A stretch of DNA of 32,000 bases from Candidatus Saccharimonadota bacterium (GTDB taxonomy: Bacteria; Pseudomonadota; Gammaproteobacteria; Johnevansiales; Johnevansiaceae). The notes beneath the pieces were generated by a model. It ran no database searches. It saw only the letters and a program-made list of their open reading frames with translations, and was not told where the DNA came from. The position numbers were made by a program, and so were the translations under genes. Positions 1 to 10,412 of the stretch are shown here, one piece after another. The stretch lies in assembly GCF_902713755.1 (NCBI RefSeq), contig NZ_LR744089.1; one strand, 5' to 3'. The number at the start of each line of letters is the position of its first letter. Position 1 is the stretch's first letter.

Positions 1-1
1 G

Positions 2-667
2 TATGATATAATTGTTCTAGGTTTACCTATTTCTAATGAAATATTAAACCCTATTACATCAGAATTTTTTGAAGATCTTATTAGTTGGGCGGCTATAGGA
101 GCTAGAACAACAGAATCTCAAATTCATAGAGAAGTGGTTAGTGGTTTATCGTTTCCAATAGGTTTTAAAAATGGAACTGATGGAAACATCGATATAGCTA
201 TCGATGCAATTAAAACAGCAGAAAATAAACATTATCATATTGGTATAGATCAAAAAGGACTAATTTCTATTATAAAAACAAAAGGTAATATAAATACACA
301 CTTAATACTTAGGGGTGGAAACAATGGACCTAATTATTATAAAAATAATATAAATTTATATTGCCAAGCAATGACACGTAAAGGTATTAAAGCTAAAATT
401 ATGGTAGATTGTAGTCATTCTAATAGTGGTAAAAAACCTGAAAATCAACCATTGGTATTAGATAATATATTAGAACAACGAATATCTGGTAATAAATCGT
501 TAATAGGAGTAATGGTAGAAAGTAATATAAATAGTGGTTCACAAAATTTAAGCAAAAATCTTAAATATGGAGTATCAATAACTGATGGATGTTTAAGTTG
601 GATAGAAACAGAAAAATTACTTCGTAAAACTGCAATAAAAATGCGCCAAAATATAACAAAATTATAA
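2..667 (+). CDS. aroG: DAHP synthase (3-deoxy-7-phosphoheptulonate synthase, class I), C-terminal part. The 5' end lies outside the window.
   Basis: The frame is open from nt 2, upstream of the GTG used by the ORF track. The translation ...SWAAIGARTTESQIHREVVSGLSFPIGFKNGTDG...LILRGG...MVDCSHSNS...GVMVESN...SITDGC is colinear with E. coli AroG/AroF/AroH. The isozyme label is tentative. Confidence 0.9.
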   Translation, partial: YDIIVLGLPISNEILNPITSEFFEDLISWAAIGARTTESQIHREVVSGLSFPIGFKNGTDGNIDIAIDAIKTAENKHYHIGIDQKGLISIIKTKGNINTHLILRGGNNGPNYYKNNINLYCQAMTRKGIKAKIMVDCSHSNSGKKPENQPLVLDNILEQRISGNKSLIGVMVESNINSGSQNLSKNLKYGVSITDGCLSWIETEKLLRKTAIKMRQNITKL

Positions 668-685
668 AAAGGTTATTTTTTTTAA

Positions 686-2965
686 ATGATAAAAACACAT
701 ATTTTAGGATATCCACGTATAGGAACTAATAGAGAATTAAAAAAAGCATTAGAGTCATATTGGAAAAAAGATATTAATTTAAAAACATTAGAAAAAATTG
801 GAAAAAAAATTAGAGTAAAAAATTGGATTACACAATATAAAGCAGGATTATCTTATGCAACTGTAGGAGATTTTTCTTATTATGATCATATTTTAAATAT
901 AACTGCAATGATAGGATCAATACCTAAAAGATTTAATCATATTGAAAACAGTATTGTTGATATAAATACATATTTTAATATGGCTAGAGGATGTACAATA
1001 AAAGGAAAACCTATTTCAGCATGTGAAATGACAAAATTTTTTGATACAAATTATCATTATATTGTACCTGAATTAGAAATAAATAATAAGTTTTATTTAT
1101 CAAATAATAATATTTTTAATGAAGTTAAAGAATGTCAAACTTTAGGTTTAAAACCTAAAGTAGTATTAATTGGTCCTATAACTTATTTATGGTTAGCAAA
1201 ATCATCTATTAATAAAATTAATTTTTTACCATCCTTAATTAATGTATATTCTAAAATTTTAAAAAAATTAGAAAAACAAAATGTTGAATGGGTGCAATTA
1301 GATGAACCTGTTTTAGTATTAGAACTTCCAAAAATATGGAAGGATTCCTTTGAAATAGCTTATAAAAAATTATCCAAAAAAATAAAAAAATTAAAAATAA
1401 TGATAGCTACTTATTTTGGAGGAATAGGTAATAATATAGATATGGTATTATCGTTACCTATACACAGTATACATATTGATACAATTAGAGCACCTAAAGA
1501 AGTAGATTTAATTATAAAAAAATTTCCTAGTGATAAAATTTTATCTATTGGAATAATAAATGGTAGAAATATTTGGAAAGCAAATTTAAAAAATATTTTA
1601 AAAAAATTAAAAAACATTAATAATATTCTTATTAATAGAATGTGGATCTCATCAAGTTGTTCTTTATTACATATACCTATATCTTTAAGTAAAGAAAAAA
1701 ATATAAATAATAAAATTTTAAATTGGTTATCATTTGCAAGACAAAAATTAGATGAAATAGTGATATTATCTAAATGTATAAATAGTGAAAATGATAACAA
1801 ATATATAAAGGATAATACTAAAGCAATAGAATCAAGAAAATTTTGTGATATTGTAAATTCTAATTTAGTAAAAGAACGTATAAAACAAATAAAAAATAAT
1901 TATTTACATCGTAATCATTCATACTTAACACGTAAAAATTTACAAAATAACAAACTTAAACTACCTTTATTACCAACAACTACTATAGGGTCATTTCCTC
2001 AAACTAATATAATAAGACTTGCTAGAAAAAATTTTAAAATAGGTAAATTAAATATTGAATCTTATGAACAAATAATGCGGTATCAAATATTATTTATAAT
2101 AGCTAAACAAAAAAGTTATGATATTGATATGTTTGTACATGGTGAACCAGAAAGAAATGATATGGTAGAATATTTTGGTGAAAACCTTAAAGGATTTGTA
2201 TTTACTACTAATGGTTGGGTACAAAGTTATGGGTCGCGTTGTGTTAAACCTCCAATAATATATGGAGATATTAAACGTAAGAATCCAATTACAGTAAGAT
2301 GGATTAAATATGCACAAAACAATAGTTTAAAACCTGTTAAAGGTATGTTAACAGGTCCAGTCACAATATTACATTGGTCTTTTGTAAGAGACGATCAACA
2401 TAAAGAAACAACATGTAAACAAATCGCATTAGCTTTACGTGATGAAGTAAAAGATTTAGAAAAAGCAGGTATTAAAGCTATTCAAATAGATGAACCTGCT
2501 TTACGTGAAGGTTTGCCTTTAAACAAAAAAGATTATAAATATTATTTAAATTGGGCTATATCATGTTTTAAACTTTCATCATCTATAGTAAAAGATGAAA
2601 CACAAATTCATACCCATATGTGTTATTCTCAATTTAATGATATTATAGCATATATATCTGAAATGGATGCAGATGTAATAACTATTGAAACCGCTAGATC
2701 AAATATGACATTATTAAATGCTTTTAAAATTTTTGAATATCCAAATGAAATTGGACCTGGTATATATGATATACATACTACTAATATACCAAGTATAAAA
2801 TATATGATTTCTTTAATACAAAAAGCCGCTAAAAGTATTCCTATAGATAGGATCTGGATAAATCCTGATTGTGGTTTAAAAACTAGAAAATGGAATGATG
2901 TAGATTCTTCCTTAAAAAATATGGTAAAAGCAGCTTATAAATTAAGAAATTATTTTAAAAACTAA
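686..2965 (+). CDS. metE: Cobalamin-independent methionine synthase (5-methyltetrahydropteroyltriglutamate-homocysteine methyltransferase)
   Basis: 759 aa. The N-terminus HILGYPRIGTNRELKKALESYW and the C-terminal domain (GMLTGPVT, IQIDEPALREGLP, THMCYS, WINPDCGLKTR) match MetE at full length. Confidence 0.96.
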   Translation: MIKTHILGYPRIGTNRELKKALESYWKKDINLKTLEKIGKKIRVKNWITQYKAGLSYATVGDFSYYDHILNITAMIGSIPKRFNHIENSIVDINTYFNMARGCTIKGKPISACEMTKFFDTNYHYIVPELEINNKFYLSNNNIFNEVKECQTLGLKPKVVLIGPITYLWLAKSSINKINFLPSLINVYSKILKKLEKQNVEWVQLDEPVLVLELPKIWKDSFEIAYKKLSKKIKKLKIMIATYFGGIGNNIDMVLSLPIHSIHIDTIRAPKEVDLIIKKFPSDKILSIGIINGRNIWKANLKNILKKLKNINNILINRMWISSSCSLLHIPISLSKEKNINNKILNWLSFARQKLDEIVILSKCINSENDNKYIKDNTKAIESRKFCDIVNSNLVKERIKQIKNNYLHRNHSYLTRKNLQNNKLKLPLLPTTTIGSFPQTNIIRLARKNFKIGKLNIESYEQIMRYQILFIIAKQKSYDIDMFVHGEPERNDMVEYFGENLKGFVFTTNGWVQSYGSRCVKPPIIYGDIKRKNPITVRWIKYAQNNSLKPVKGMLTGPVTILHWSFVRDDQHKETTCKQIALALRDEVKDLEKAGIKAIQIDEPALREGLPLNKKDYKYYLNWAISCFKLSSSIVKDETQIHTHMCYSQFNDIIAYISEMDADVITIETARSNMTLLNAFKIFEYPNEIGPGIYDIHTTNIPSIKYMISLIQKAAKSIPIDRIWINPDCGLKTRKWNDVDSSLKNMVKAAYKLRNYFKN

Positions 2966-3302
2966 TTCGATTATTTTTTTCTTCAAAACCTGAAATATTT
3001 AAACGTTTAGATAATTCTTCTACAATTTCCGTATGTAAAATATCTAAAAAAGAAATACAAATTAAAGTATGAAACCATAAATCTGCTGTTTCTTTTATTA
3101 TTTCATAACGTAAAAACTTATCTTTATATTTGTTTTCTTTAAAATTTTTAATAGCTATAATTAATTCATTAGTTTCTTCATTAATTTTTTTTAAAATTTG
3201 TTTTATACCTTTTTTATACAATGAAGATACATAAGATTTTTTATGATCTGAATGTTTACGGTTTTGTAATATTAAAAATAATTTATCTAAAACTTTATCC
3301 AT
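2955..3302 (-). CDS. hisE: Phosphoribosyl-ATP pyrophosphatase (monofunctional HisE)
   Basis: 115 aa. SYVSSLYKKGIKQILKKINEETNELIIA...ETADLWFHTLI...EELSKR...SGFEEK follows the HisE/MazG-like pattern. Its 3' end overlaps the metE 3' end by 11 nt (convergent). Confidence 0.85.
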   Translation of the reverse strand: MDKVLDKLFLILQNRKHSDHKKSYVSSLYKKGIKQILKKINEETNELIIAIKNFKENKYKDKFLRYEIIKETADLWFHTLICISFLDILHTEIVEELSKRLNISGFEEKNNRISF

Positions 3303-3318
3303 ATTTTTATATTTATGA

Positions 3319-4611
3319 TTATAGTATATATTTTGTAAAATCTTCTTTATGGGTTAAATTTTCCATATTTTTATCTACATATTCTTTATTTACTATTATT
3401 TTATGTTCTATTTCATTACCTTTATACATAGGTACTTCTAATAACATTTCCATAACTGTATGTAATCTACGGGCACCTATATTTTCTGTACATTCGTTAA
3501 ATGAATACGCTACTTCAGCAATACGTTTAATACCTTCTTTAGTAAATTCTATTTTAATCCCTTCAGTATTAAGTAATGCTTGATATTGTCGTGTTAAAGC
3601 AGAAGATGGTTCAGTAAGAATTCTTTCAAAATCTTTTGGTGTTAATGCAGATAATTCAACATGTATTGGTAATCTACCTTGTAATTCAGGAATTAAATCG
3701 GATGGCTTTGATAAATGAAAAGCCCCAGATGCTATAAACAGTATATGATCTGTTTTTATCATACCATATCTTGTTGATACTGATGAACCTTCTATTAAAG
3801 GCAGTAAATCTCTTTGTACACCTTCTCTAGATATTTCAGTACCATTATTATCCCCACTTCGTCTAACAATTTTATCAATTTCATCAATAAATACTATACC
3901 ATTTTGTTCTACTGATTCAATCGCACTTTTTTTTATATTATCATCACTTATTAATTTAGCTGACTCTTCTTCCATTAATAATTTTCTTGCTTCTAAAATA
4001 GTAATTTTACGATTTTCACGATTTTGTTTATTTATATTATAAAATATACTTTGTAATTGATTAGCCATTTCTTCCATACCAGGTGGTGTCATAATATCAA
4101 TACCTGATACTTTTTGAGTAATTTTAATATCTATTTCTTTATTTTCTAATTCACCGTTACGTAATTTATTTATAATAATTTTACGATTTTCAATATTATC
4201 ATTTTCTGATGATAAAATCGCATCTATTATTCTTTCTTCTACTGCATATTTAGCTTTATTTCTTATTTGTTTATTAGCTTTTTCTTTTACTAATTTAATA
4301 GCAATTTCTATTAAATCACGAATTATAGATTCTACATCACGACCAACATATCCTACTTCTGTAAATTTTGTAGCTTCAACTTTAATAAATGGAGCGTTAG
4401 CTAGTTTTGCTAATCTTCTAGCAATTTCTGTTTTTCCTACACCTGTAGGACCAATCATTAAAATATTTTTTGGTGTTATTTCTGCACGTAAATTATAATC
4501 TAATTGCATTCTTCTCCATCTATTTCTTAATGCAATAGCAACAGCTTTTTTAGCTTTTTCTTGTCCAATAATATATTTATTTAATTCTTCTACTATTTTT
4601 TTTGGAGTCAT
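3319..4611 (-). CDS. hslU: ATP-dependent protease HslVU, ATPase subunit
   Basis: 430 aa. [34 protein letters not shown], Walker [16 protein letters not shown], and [10 protein letters not shown] all match HslU. Confidence 0.97.
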   Translation of the reverse strand: MTPKKIVEELNKYIIGQEKAKKAVAIALRNRWRRMQLDYNLRAEITPKNILMIGPTGVGKTEIARRLAKLANAPFIKVEATKFTEVGYVGRDVESIIRDLIEIAIKLVKEKANKQIRNKAKYAVEERIIDAILSSENDNIENRKIIINKLRNGELENKEIDIKITQKVSGIDIMTPPGMEEMANQLQSIFYNINKQNRENRKITILEARKLLMEEESAKLISDDNIKKSAIESVEQNGIVFIDEIDKIVRRSGDNNGTEISREGVQRDLLPLIEGSSVSTRYGMIKTDHILFIASGAFHLSKPSDLIPELQGRLPIHVELSALTPKDFERILTEPSSALTRQYQALLNTEGIKIEFTKEGIKRIAEVAYSFNECTENIGARRLHTVMEMLLEVPMYKGNEIEHKIIVNKEYVDKNMENLTHKEDFTKYIL

Positions 4612-4638
4612 ATTTTAACCCACCATTTGATTGTTTTA

Positions 4639-5160
4639 TTAATCCAATAATTCTATAGTAATATTTTTATTTGTAAAAACACATATATCAGCCGCTATAT
4701 TAATACTTTTTTTTACTATATCAAAAGCTGATATATTAGTATTTTCTAAAAGCGCCCTAGCTACCGCATTAGCATAATTTCCGCCTGATCCAATAGTAAT
4801 TATACCATTTTCCGGTTCTAAAATATCTCCAATTCCAGTAATAATTAAAGATATATTTTTATCAGCTACTGCTAACATAGCTTCTAATCTACGTAAGACT
4901 CTATCATTTCTCCATTCTTTTGCTAATTCAACTGAAGCTTTAATTAAATTTCCTTGATATTTTTCAAGTTGTGCTTCAAATAATTCAAATAATGTAAATG
5001 CATCTGCTGTGCCTCCAGCAAAACCCGATAATACTTGACCTTTATAAACTTTACGTACTTTAGAAGCATTACTTTTCACTACTGTATTTCCAAGTGTAAC
5101 TTGACCATCTCCAGCTATAGCAACTTTATTATTTCTTCTTACTGATACTATTGTAGTCAT
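4639..5160 (-). CDS. hslV: ATP-dependent protease HslVU, peptidase subunit
   Basis: 173 aa. [29 protein letters not shown] has the N-terminal catalytic Thr context typical of HslV. It lies directly upstream of hslU. Confidence 0.97.
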   Translation of the reverse strand: MTTIVSVRRNNKVAIAGDGQVTLGNTVVKSNASKVRKVYKGQVLSGFAGGTADAFTLFELFEAQLEKYQGNLIKASVELAKEWRNDRVLRRLEAMLAVADKNISLIITGIGDILEPENGIITIGSGGNYANAVARALLENTNISAFDIVKKSINIAADICVFTNKNITIELLD

Positions 5161-5180
5161 AATTTATTTTATATAATTAA

Positions 5181-5209
5181 TTGATTATTAATAATTTATA
5201 TTTTAATAT
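5181..5209 (+). promoter_or_regulatory. Candidate sigma70-type promoter for rpmE-aroK-aroB-MFS (TTGATT-N17-TAATAT)
   Basis: TTGATT at 5181-5186, a 17-nt spacer, then TAATAT at 5204-5209, about 65 nt upstream of the rpmE ATG. Matches like this arise easily by chance in DNA this A+T-rich. Confidence 0.2.
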
Positions 5210-5274
5210 TATAATAAAAAAAATATATATTACTATATTAGTATAAAAAAAAATAATAATATCAATTAAAAATT

Positions 5275-5478
5275 ATGAAAAAAAATATTCATCCTAAATA
5301 TAATAATGTTATAATAAAATGTTCTTGTGGTAAATTGTTTAATATAAAATCAACTTTAAAAAAAAATTTATTTATTGAGATTTGTTCACACTGTCATCCC
5401 GTTTATACTGGTAAACAAAAAAAAATAAATATAGGTACTAGAATTGACAGATTTAATAAACAGTTTGGTAAAAATTAA
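5275..5478 (+). CDS. rpmE: 50S ribosomal protein L31 (Zn-ribbon type, CxC...CxxC retained)
   Basis: 67 aa. MKKNIHPKY...KCSCG...CSHCHPVYTGKQK matches L31 type A. Confidence 0.95.
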   Translation: MKKNIHPKYNNVIIKCSCGKLFNIKSTLKKNLFIEICSHCHPVYTGKQKKINIGTRIDRFNKQFGKN

Positions 5479-5996
5479 TGTTATATAATAATATTGTTCT
5501 TATAGGCCCTATGGGTACAGGTAAAAGTACTATTGGAAAAATATTATCTAATAAATTTAAATGTAAGTTTTATGATATAGATAATGAAATTGAAAAAAAT
5601 TGTGGTTTGAAAATTTCTGAGATTTTTTTAGTAGAAGGAGAAAATAGTTTTCGTAAAAGAGAACATAAAATAATAAAATATTTTTCTAAAAAAAATGGAG
5701 TATTAATTTCAACAGGTGGTGGCAGTATAATTAATTTAAAAAATATACATTTATTAAGAAATAATAGTATTATTATATATTTATATACTTCAGTATTTTA
5801 TCAAATAAAACGTATAGATAATATTAATCGTCCTTTATTAAAAGGTAAAAATTACAAAAAAAAATTATATAAAATATTTAAAATTCGTGAACCTTTTTAT
5901 CATTATATTGCTGATATAATTATTAATACTGAAAAAAAAATAGAATTAATTATAAAAGAAATAAAAAAAAGGATATATTTTATTGAAAATAATTAA
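5478..5996 (+). CDS. aroK: Shikimate kinase
   Basis: 172 aa. It has the P-loop LIGPMGTGKSTIGK, DIDNEIE, STGGG, and RPLL in the lid. The start shares one nt with the rpmE stop (TAATG). Confidence 0.93.
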   Translation: MLYNNIVLIGPMGTGKSTIGKILSNKFKCKFYDIDNEIEKNCGLKISEIFLVEGENSFRKREHKIIKYFSKKNGVLISTGGGSIINLKNIHLLRNNSIIIYLYTSVFYQIKRIDNINRPLLKGKNYKKKLYKIFKIREPFYHYIADIIINTEKKIELIIKEIKKRIYFIENN

Positions 5997-7089
5997 AATA
6001 AATATTTTAAATAGTAATTATCCAATATATATTGGAACAGGTTTATTAAAAAAAGGTGTGTATATCCCTTATATATTTGGTAAACAAATAATGATTGTAA
6101 CTAATAAAATTTTATCATCATTATATTTAAATATATTAAAAAAAAAATTACATTTATATAATGTAAAAGTAATTATTTTACCTGATGGAGAAAAATACAA
6201 AAATATTGCATCAGTTAATAATATATGGGATTTACTTATAAAGTATGGTTTTAATCGCAACTGTACATTAATTTCTCTTGGTGGTGGAGTTATAGGTGAT
6301 ATTTCAGGGTTTACTGCATCTTGTTATCAAAGAGGTATTTCACTTATACATATTCCTACTACTTTATTATCTCAAGTAGATTCTTCTATAGGTGGTAAAA
6401 CAGGTGTAAATCATAAAAAAGTAAAAAATATGATTGGATCTTTTTTTCAACCAAAAGCAGTAATTATAGATACAGATATAATTAATACATTAAATAATAG
6501 AGAAATATCGGCAGGTATTTCTGAAATTATAAAATATAGTTTAATATGTGATTATAATTTTTTTAAATGGTTAGAAAATAATATAAGAAAATTATTAATT
6601 TTTAAATATAGCAAAAAAATATTAAATTTTTCTATTTTAAAAAGTTGTATTATTAAATCTAAGTTTGTTATAAAAGATGAAAAAGAAAATAATATAAGAG
6701 CTTTGCTTAATTTAGGACACACATTTGGTCATTCTATTGAACAATATAAAGGGTATGGTAATTGGTTACATGGTGAAGCTATATCGGTAGGTATAATGAT
6801 TGCAACAAAAATATCAATATATTTAGGCAAACTTAAAGAAAAAAATTTATATAGAATATCTAATTTATTATCAAAATCCAATCTTCCTATATATATTCCT
6901 ATAGATATGAAATCAAAAAATTTTATTAATTTAATAAAATTAGATAAAAAAAATTTATATGAAAAGATAAGATTAATATTATTAAATAATATAGGTAATG
7001 CCTATATAAAAAATAATATAAATGAAAAGTTTTTATGTAATATAATAGATTTTTTACCTAAAAAAAATAAAGTTATTTTTGAACAATAA
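5983..7089 (+). CDS. aroB: 3-dehydroquinate synthase
   Basis: 368 aa. LPDGEKYKN, SLGGGVIGDISGF, IPTTLLSQVDSSIGGKTGVNH, LNLGHTFGHSIE and WLHGEAISVG are colinear with E. coli AroB. The TTG start at 5983 is inferred from N-terminal alignment and overlaps aroK by 14 nt. Confidence 0.93.
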   Translation: MKIIKINILNSNYPIYIGTGLLKKGVYIPYIFGKQIMIVTNKILSSLYLNILKKKLHLYNVKVIILPDGEKYKNIASVNNIWDLLIKYGFNRNCTLISLGGGVIGDISGFTASCYQRGISLIHIPTTLLSQVDSSIGGKTGVNHKKVKNMIGSFFQPKAVIIDTDIINTLNNREISAGISEIIKYSLICDYNFFKWLENNIRKLLIFKYSKKILNFSILKSCIIKSKFVIKDEKENNIRALLNLGHTFGHSIEQYKGYGNWLHGEAISVGIMIATKISIYLGKLKEKNLYRISNLLSKSNLPIYIPIDMKSKNFINLIKLDKKNLYEKIRLILLNNIGNAYIKNNINEKFLCNIIDFLPKKNKVIFEQ

Positions 7090-8699
7090 TGATGCTTATC
7101 TCAAAACAACAATCTTTGAAAGCCAAAAATAAAAAAAATAGTTTATTTACCCCATTAACATTTAAACCTTTTAGAATAATATGGTTTGCAGATTTAATTG
7201 CAAATTTAGGTACATGGGCACAATCTGTAGCTTCGGTTTGGATATTAACGGAATATCATGCAAGTTCTATAACTTTAGCAATGATACAAGTAGTTACAGC
7301 TTTACCTTTAGTATTATTATCGATTATTTCAGGTGTATGGGCTGATAATTATGATAGACGTAAACTAATGTTAATGGGAATGTTTTTAGAATTTACTGGT
7401 GGGGCTTTAATAACGTCTTTCGCTTTTATTGGTTATTTAACTTCTACAAAATTAATATTATCTATATTAGGAATGTCTATAGGTGCTTCTTTAGCAGTAC
7501 CTGCTTGGCAGGCCGCAATAAATGAACAAGTTTCTAAAAATCAAGTTACTAACGCTGTAATTTTAAATAGTGTTAATTATAATTTTGCAAGAGCAGTAGG
7601 CCCAGTAATAGGTGGTATTCTTATAAATACAGTTGGTACTGCTTGGGTATTTTTACTTAATTGTTTATGTTATTTAGGATTAATTTGGGCTGTTTGGCAA
7701 TGGAAACAAATTTATCCTAAAAGAATTTTACCACCAGAACATATATTTGAAGGGGTAATTTCAGCATTAAAATTTGCTAAATATTCTAAAGTTATGAGAT
7801 CTGTTATGTTAAGATCTTTTGTTTTTGGTCTTTCAGCTAGTGCTTTATGGGCGTTGCTTCCAGTGTTAGCTAATACTAAAGCTTCAATATATGGTTATAT
7901 GTTAGGAGCTTTAGGTACAGGTGCTATAATGGGTAGCGCAATAGTAAATAAATTATGTAATTTAGTAGATACTAATAAAATGATTAGTTCGGCTTCTATA
8001 TTATTAAGTATAGTAATGTTATTAATTGGAAGTTTAAATATCAAATTATTAATTTTTGGAGCATTAATGATAGGAGGGAGTTGTTGGATTACAGTATTAG
8101 CAAGTTATAATTCATCTGTTCAAATGTTAGTACCTGATTGGGTTAAAGCTAGAGCTTTAGCACTTTATCAAACTACGCTATATGCAGGTTTAGCAATTGG
8201 TTCTTTTTGTTGGGGACATATAGCTGGAATTATAAATGTCAAAGTTGGATTATTAATAGCGGGTTTATTATTATTAATATCTACTATAGCTTTATTAAAA
8301 TTAAAATTACCCAAATTAGATGATAAATATAATAGTATAATGAATCAGGCACAGCCTAAATATAAATTAGAATTTTCTAAATATAAAGAATCAATAATAG
8401 TATCAATTGAATATTGTATTCCTGTTAATAAAACAAATGAATTTATTAATATTATAATTAAATTACGTACTGTACGATTACGCAATGGTGCTAAAACGTG
8501 GTCATTATATCGTAATGTTGAAGATAAAGAAATATGGCAAGAAATATTTTTAATACGTAATTGGTTACAATATTTAAGAATGTTAAGTAGAATAACAATT
8601 GCAGATAAAATTATTATAGATAAAGTGAATAAAATGCATATAGGAATAAAACCACCTAGAACATATCAAGGAATACAACAAATAAAACCAAAAATATAA
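7089..8699 (+). CDS. MFS-type multi-pass transporter (EntS/MFS_3-like by overall layout; family call tentative) with a C-terminal soluble extension of about 130 aa
   Basis: 536 aa with about 12 hydrophobic segments by eye. It has an MFS-like loop motif GVWADNYDRRKLM after TM2, and a hydrophilic tail begins near KLPKLDDKYN. The start overlaps the aroB stop (TAATG). Confidence 0.75.
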   Translation: MMLISKQQSLKAKNKKNSLFTPLTFKPFRIIWFADLIANLGTWAQSVASVWILTEYHASSITLAMIQVVTALPLVLLSIISGVWADNYDRRKLMLMGMFLEFTGGALITSFAFIGYLTSTKLILSILGMSIGASLAVPAWQAAINEQVSKNQVTNAVILNSVNYNFARAVGPVIGGILINTVGTAWVFLLNCLCYLGLIWAVWQWKQIYPKRILPPEHIFEGVISALKFAKYSKVMRSVMLRSFVFGLSASALWALLPVLANTKASIYGYMLGALGTGAIMGSAIVNKLCNLVDTNKMISSASILLSIVMLLIGSLNIKLLIFGALMIGGSCWITVLASYNSSVQMLVPDWVKARALALYQTTLYAGLAIGSFCWGHIAGIINVKVGLLIAGLLLLISTIALLKLKLPKLDDKYNSIMNQAQPKYKLEFSKYKESIIVSIEYCIPVNKTNEFINIIIKLRTVRLRNGAKTWSLYRNVEDKEIWQEIFLIRNWLQYLRMLSRITIADKIIIDKVNKMHIGIKPPRTYQGIQQIKPKI

Positions 8700-8706
8700 A
8701 TGAAAT

Positions 8707-10341
8707 TTATACGATATTTTTTATATGATTCCATATACGTGAAAAAAAATTGGTATATGTTGTAATATGATTTACAGTACTAACAGCTGCTTGTTCGTTA
8801 CGAATAATAAATTTATTTTCTATATAATTATTTTTTTTACGTAAAAGATTAGTATTCTTACTATATTTTTCTCCAAATATTTGATCATCCCGTAATCTTT
8901 CTACTGCATAATGAGGAGTATCCATATCTGGTTCTGGTATAATAATAATTTTTACATCTTGTCTTAATTCTATATTAACTATAATGTTTCTTTTTTCATT
9001 TAATAAATAAGTAGCAATTGATACTGGTAAAACAGCTCTAATTTTAGAACTATTATCTTTCATAGCTTCTTCTTCTATTAAACGTAATATAGAAAGAGAT
9101 AAAGAACTAACATCACGTATGGTACCTTGTCCGTTACATCTTGGACATAATATACCACTATTTTCACGTAAAGATGGACGTAATCGTTGTCTAGACATTT
9201 CCATTAAACCAAACCTTGAAATACGACATAATTGAATGCGTGCCCGATCAAGTTGAATAGATGCACGAATTCTATTTTCTACTTCTCTTTGGTTTCTTGT
9301 TAAAGACATATCAATAAAATCAATTACTACTAAACCACCAATATCTCGTAATCTTAATTGTCTACCAATTTCATCTGATGCTTCTAAATTTGTTTGTAAA
9401 GCTGTTTCTTCTATATCATCACCTCTAGTAGCGCGTGCTGAATTAATATCTATAGATACTAAAGCTTCTGTAGTATCAATAAAAATTGCTCCACCTGCCG
9501 GTAATTTAACCTCTCTTTGATAAGCAGTTGCAATTTGAGATTCAATTTGAAATCTAGTAAACAGAGGTATTTCATCTTTATACAGTTTAATTTTTTTTTG
9601 ATAATTAGGCATAACTTGTTGAATAAAATTAAGAGCATCATTATAAATATATTCACTATCTATTAAAACCTCGCATATATCTTGTCTTAAATAATCACGC
9701 ATTGCACGAATAATAACATTAGATTCTCTATATATTAAAAATGGAGCAGATCGTTTATTTGCTTCTTCTGTAATTGCTTCCCAAATTTGAATTAAATAAT
9801 TTAAATCACATTGTAAATCTTTACTTGAACGGCCAATACCAACGGTTCTAACTATTATTCCCATATTTTTAGGTATAAATAAATTATTTATAGCTTCTTT
9901 TAATTGAAACCTATCAGCACCAGTAATACGTCTAGAAATACCTCCTGATCTAGGATTATTAGGCATTAATACTAAAAATCTACCTGCTAAACTAATATAA
10001 GTTGTTAAAGCGGCGCCTTTATTACTACGTTCTTCTTTATCAACTTGCACTATTATTTCTTGACCTTCTTTAAGTAAATCTCTAATATTAGAATTACAAT
10101 CATTTAATAAATATTCATTAGATATTTCTTTAATAGGTAAAAACCCATGTCGTTTTGCTCCAAAATCAACAAAAGCTGCTTCTAAACTAGGTTCTATTCT
10201 AACAATTTTAGCACGATATATATTAGATTTTCTTTGTTCTTTATTACAAAATTCAATATCTAAATCATATAATACTTGACCATCTACCAGTGCAACTCTT
10301 AATTCTTCTGGTTGGGTCGCATTAATAAGAATTCGTTTCAT
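8707..10341 (-). CDS. rne: Ribonuclease E, catalytic N-terminal half only
   Basis: 544 aa. [30 protein letters not shown] is almost identical to the E. coli Rne N-terminus. The S1 domain, the DNase I-like region (SIDINSAR) and the Zn-link CPRCNGQG are present. No C-terminal scaffold follows. Confidence 0.93.
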   Translation of the reverse strand: MKRILINATQPEELRVALVDGQVLYDLDIEFCNKEQRKSNIYRAKIVRIEPSLEAAFVDFGAKRHGFLPIKEISNEYLLNDCNSNIRDLLKEGQEIIVQVDKEERSNKGAALTTYISLAGRFLVLMPNNPRSGGISRRITGADRFQLKEAINNLFIPKNMGIIVRTVGIGRSSKDLQCDLNYLIQIWEAITEEANKRSAPFLIYRESNVIIRAMRDYLRQDICEVLIDSEYIYNDALNFIQQVMPNYQKKIKLYKDEIPLFTRFQIESQIATAYQREVKLPAGGAIFIDTTEALVSIDINSARATRGDDIEETALQTNLEASDEIGRQLRLRDIGGLVVIDFIDMSLTRNQREVENRIRASIQLDRARIQLCRISRFGLMEMSRQRLRPSLRENSGILCPRCNGQGTIRDVSSLSLSILRLIEEEAMKDNSSKIRAVLPVSIATYLLNEKRNIIVNIELRQDVKIIIIPEPDMDTPHYAVERLRDDQIFGEKYSKNTNLLRKKNNYIENKFIIRNEQAAVSTVNHITTYTNFFSRIWNHIKNIV

Positions 10342-10412
10342 TTCTAAGTTTACTTTTTATCCTATTTTTTGTTAATATGTTTTTTATATATATAATTTAA
10401 TAAAGATAAATA

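Noticed and set aside
1411-1800. 129-aa ORF antisense to metE
   Set aside because: It lies entirely inside the strongly supported metE coding region on the opposite strand. Its low-complexity I/F/L/K-rich translation is typical of the antisense frame of A+T-rich genes, and it carries no recognisable motif.
2090-2317. 75-aa ORF antisense to metE
   Set aside because: Same reasoning. It is embedded antisense in metE and shows no homology signal.
3221-3583. 120-aa ORF on the plus strand spanning the hisE/hslU junction
   Set aside because: It is antisense to two well-supported genes, and its translation is a low-complexity hydrophobic string.
6069-6260. 63-aa ORF antisense to aroB
   Set aside because: It is embedded in aroB, with no motif and a composition artefact.
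7089-8699. Recent horizontal acquisition of the MFS transporter, suggested by its richer G+C
   Set aside because: Third codon positions still look strongly A/T-biased, like the host genome. The gene is translationally coupled to aroB, and there are no flanking repeats, integrase or tRNA target. Stronger amino-acid constraint on a membrane protein explains the composition. This needs a computed GC3 to settle.
9459-9656. 65-aa ORF in an alternative minus-strand frame of rne
   Set aside because: It overlaps the conserved RNase E catalytic region out of frame. Nothing supports independent coding.
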